From a virus (lineage: Duplodnaviria > Caudoviricetes), in IMG/VR virus record IMGVR_UViG_3300026299_000059, positions 1 through 37,717 of that record: DNA of 37,717 nt, one strand, 5' to 3'. This document shows, one piece after another, positions 36,286 through 37,717 of this stretch. The notes under the pieces were generated by a model, which made no database searches, was not told where the DNA came from, and saw only the letters and a list, made by a program, of their open reading frames with translations. Both the position numbers and the translations under genes were made by a program. The stretch's first letter is position 1. Every line of letters starts with the position of its first letter.

Positions 36286-37082
36286 CGCGTTTAGAGCAAA
36301 TTATTGATTCATACGGACTTAAAAACGTCTCTGGATTAGCAAAAAGGTTGCACTACTCCTCACCTGAGAAGCTAAACCGTCTTAAAAAAGAAGATGCGAA
36401 ACCTTCTTTTGACATTTTGCGAGATATTTCAAACGAGTTTGAAAATTTGAGTTTAGATTGGTTGATCACCGGAGTAGAACCGATGCATAAAACCTACGAA
36501 AATCCGATGATAGTTTCTGAGCCTATCATAAAATATAATTTACCAAAAGTAGTTACCGTTGATAAGCACGAAAATGAAAACATAGTTTTGGTTCCTGTAA
36601 AAGCACGTGCCGGTTATTTAGATGGCTATTATAAAGAGGAATTCATAAGCAAACTACCAACATACAGAATGCCGGGACTCAATAATGGAACCTTCAGAGC
36701 ATTTGAAGTGAAAGGTCAGTCTATGAATTTAACACTTCATAATAAAAGTTATGCAATTGGTGAGTGGGTTGAAGACTGGAATAAAAATATTAAAGATGAT
36801 AGAGTTTACATTATAGTTCACGAAGATTGGGACAATGATGAGGAAGGTATTTTGGTTAAACGCTGTTTAAATAGAATTGAAAAATATAATAATCTGATCT
36901 GCAAGTCTGATAATTTAGATCGGCGAGCATATCCAAACATAAATTTAGAACCATCTACAATTAGAGAGGTTTGGGAAGTTAAAGGCGCATTAATATTTGA
37001 ATTTACAAACCCATCTTTAATTTTCGACAGAATGAACAATTTAGAAGCTGATATGGAAGAAATAAAAAAGCATATTCTCTAA
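36249..37082 (+). CDS. CI/LexA-like repressor with S24 peptidase domain
   Basis: HTH and SLDWLITG; ARAG cleavage site; VKGQSM (Ser) and VKR (Lys). Confidence 0.9.
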   Translation: MQTNLKNNSNFFARLEQIIDSYGLKNVSGLAKRLHYSSPEKLNRLKKEDAKPSFDILRDISNEFENLSLDWLITGVEPMHKTYENPMIVSEPIIKYNLPKVVTVDKHENENIVLVPVKARAGYLDGYYKEEFISKLPTYRMPGLNNGTFRAFEVKGQSMNLTLHNKSYAIGEWVEDWNKNIKDDRVYIIVHEDWDNDEEGILVKRCLNRIEKYNNLICKSDNLDRRAYPNINLEPSTIREVWEVKGALIFEFTNPSLIFDRMNNLEADMEEIKKHIL

Positions 37083-37113
37083 ATTTTCTCCCTAAAATAT
37101 TACAAAACACACG

Positions 37114-37141
37114 AAAACGCCTTTAAAATGGCGTTTTTTTC
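37114..37141 (+). terminator. Intrinsic terminator after repressor
   Basis: AAAACGCC-TTTAAAAT-GGCGTTTTTTT. Confidence 0.7.
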
Positions 37142-37248
37142 GTTTTATTTTGTGAAAAATAGGGTATTGAGTTTGTAATTTTCGTACAATTTTTACCGCT
37201 TTTTTGCATAAATATATAGTTTAAGTATTAAAAATATATGTTGTTTTT

Positions 37249-37284
37249 CTATACCTAAACCTATACCTAAACCTAAATCTAACT
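37249..37284. repeat. Hexamer tandem repeat CTAWAC x6 (degenerate)
   Basis: CTATAC CTAAAC CTATAC CTAAAC CTAAAT CTAACT. Confidence 0.6.
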
Positions 37285-37511
37285 CGATTTTTTTCAATTT
37301 TTTTAGCTTTTTATAATGCCGGGTTCCTAAATCGTAATTCCTACTAATAATCCGCAATACTTGCCGCCTTTAATACTAAAAAAAACGCCCTATTTGAGCG
37401 TTCCCGGTGTATGTTTGGTAGATAATGTACATAAAGAGGCAGATCAGTCATTTAATATGCTGCAAAAGTGTATTTAAAGTTTATTTAATGAGTAATTAAG
37501 CCATAGATAAA

Positions 37512-37627
37512 TGACATTTTATTTTAGATAAGCTATAAAATGTAAAACTTTAAAAACCGTTTATTTATGGGGTTTTTTGGCTTTTTTTGTTGTGTATTAG
37601 TTTAGACTTTTCATTTTGTGCCCTATA
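37512..37627 (-). repeat. Terminal transposase-binding repeats (repressor-side end)
   Basis: TGACATTTTATTTT (37512-37525) and AGACTTTTCATTTT (37604-37617) followed by GTGCCC-TATA. Confidence 0.7.
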
Positions 37628-37717
37628 AAAGTGCGGTAATTGGAAAAAGTTTTTCCTTACATTTAACTAAAATTAAGAAAGTAGAAGATTATGAAAATTA
37701 CCTCTCAAATTATAATT

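Larger units (their letters stand above)
21..37627. mobile_element. Complete Mu-like transposable phage/prophage (contractile tail), Bacteroidota-type
   Basis: MuA/MuB-like genes, DUF935-like portal, gpF/gpG/gp36-like genes, sheath/tube/baseplate. Inverted termini TATA-N6-AAAA-NN-AAAAGTC at 21 (+) and 37627 (-). Confidence 0.9.

Noticed and set aside
1256..37039. Numerous short opposite-strand or alternate-frame ORFs in the track (e.g. 1374..1895, 10187..10540, 33745..34170)
   Set aside because: They are shadows of well-supported genes and have no motifs of their own.
16..37632. 5-bp target-site duplication
   Set aside because: Flanks CGAAG and AAAGT do not match at symmetric boundaries.
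37691..37717. ORF start MKITSQII at the window edge
   Set aside because: Too short to identify; probably flanking host DNA.

Overview
The window is an apparently complete (~37.6 kb, 21..37627) Mu-like transposable myovirus/prophage, most likely of a Bacteroidota (Flavobacteriales-type) host. The host call is inferred from TAnnTTTG promoter boxes, lack of SD motifs and gene families. From right to left it carries: a LexA/S24-type repressor and divergent Cro/Ner-like gene; MuA-like DDE transposase, MuB-like ATPase and early genes; a divergently arranged head-packaging operon (+) and protease/capsid/lysis/contractile-tail operon (-); a beta-helix tailspike; and, where Mu has mom, an ABC-ATPase/GNAT/formyltransferase operon. 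Main novelties: (1) an integron-like array of six single-gene cassettes (26797..30492) in the early region, separated by attC-like hairpins (AAC...GTT) and each bounded by its own inverted repeat, with a simple attI-like site at one end, two DNA methyltransferases as cargo and no integrase in the phage; (2) three A_AAA_AAG -1 frameshift sites, one joining portal to the gpF-like head protein ahead of a ~30-bp hairpin; (3) a structured RNA leader with alternative pairing upstream of the putative DNA-modification operon. All product calls come from motif recognition and synteny; no searches were run.
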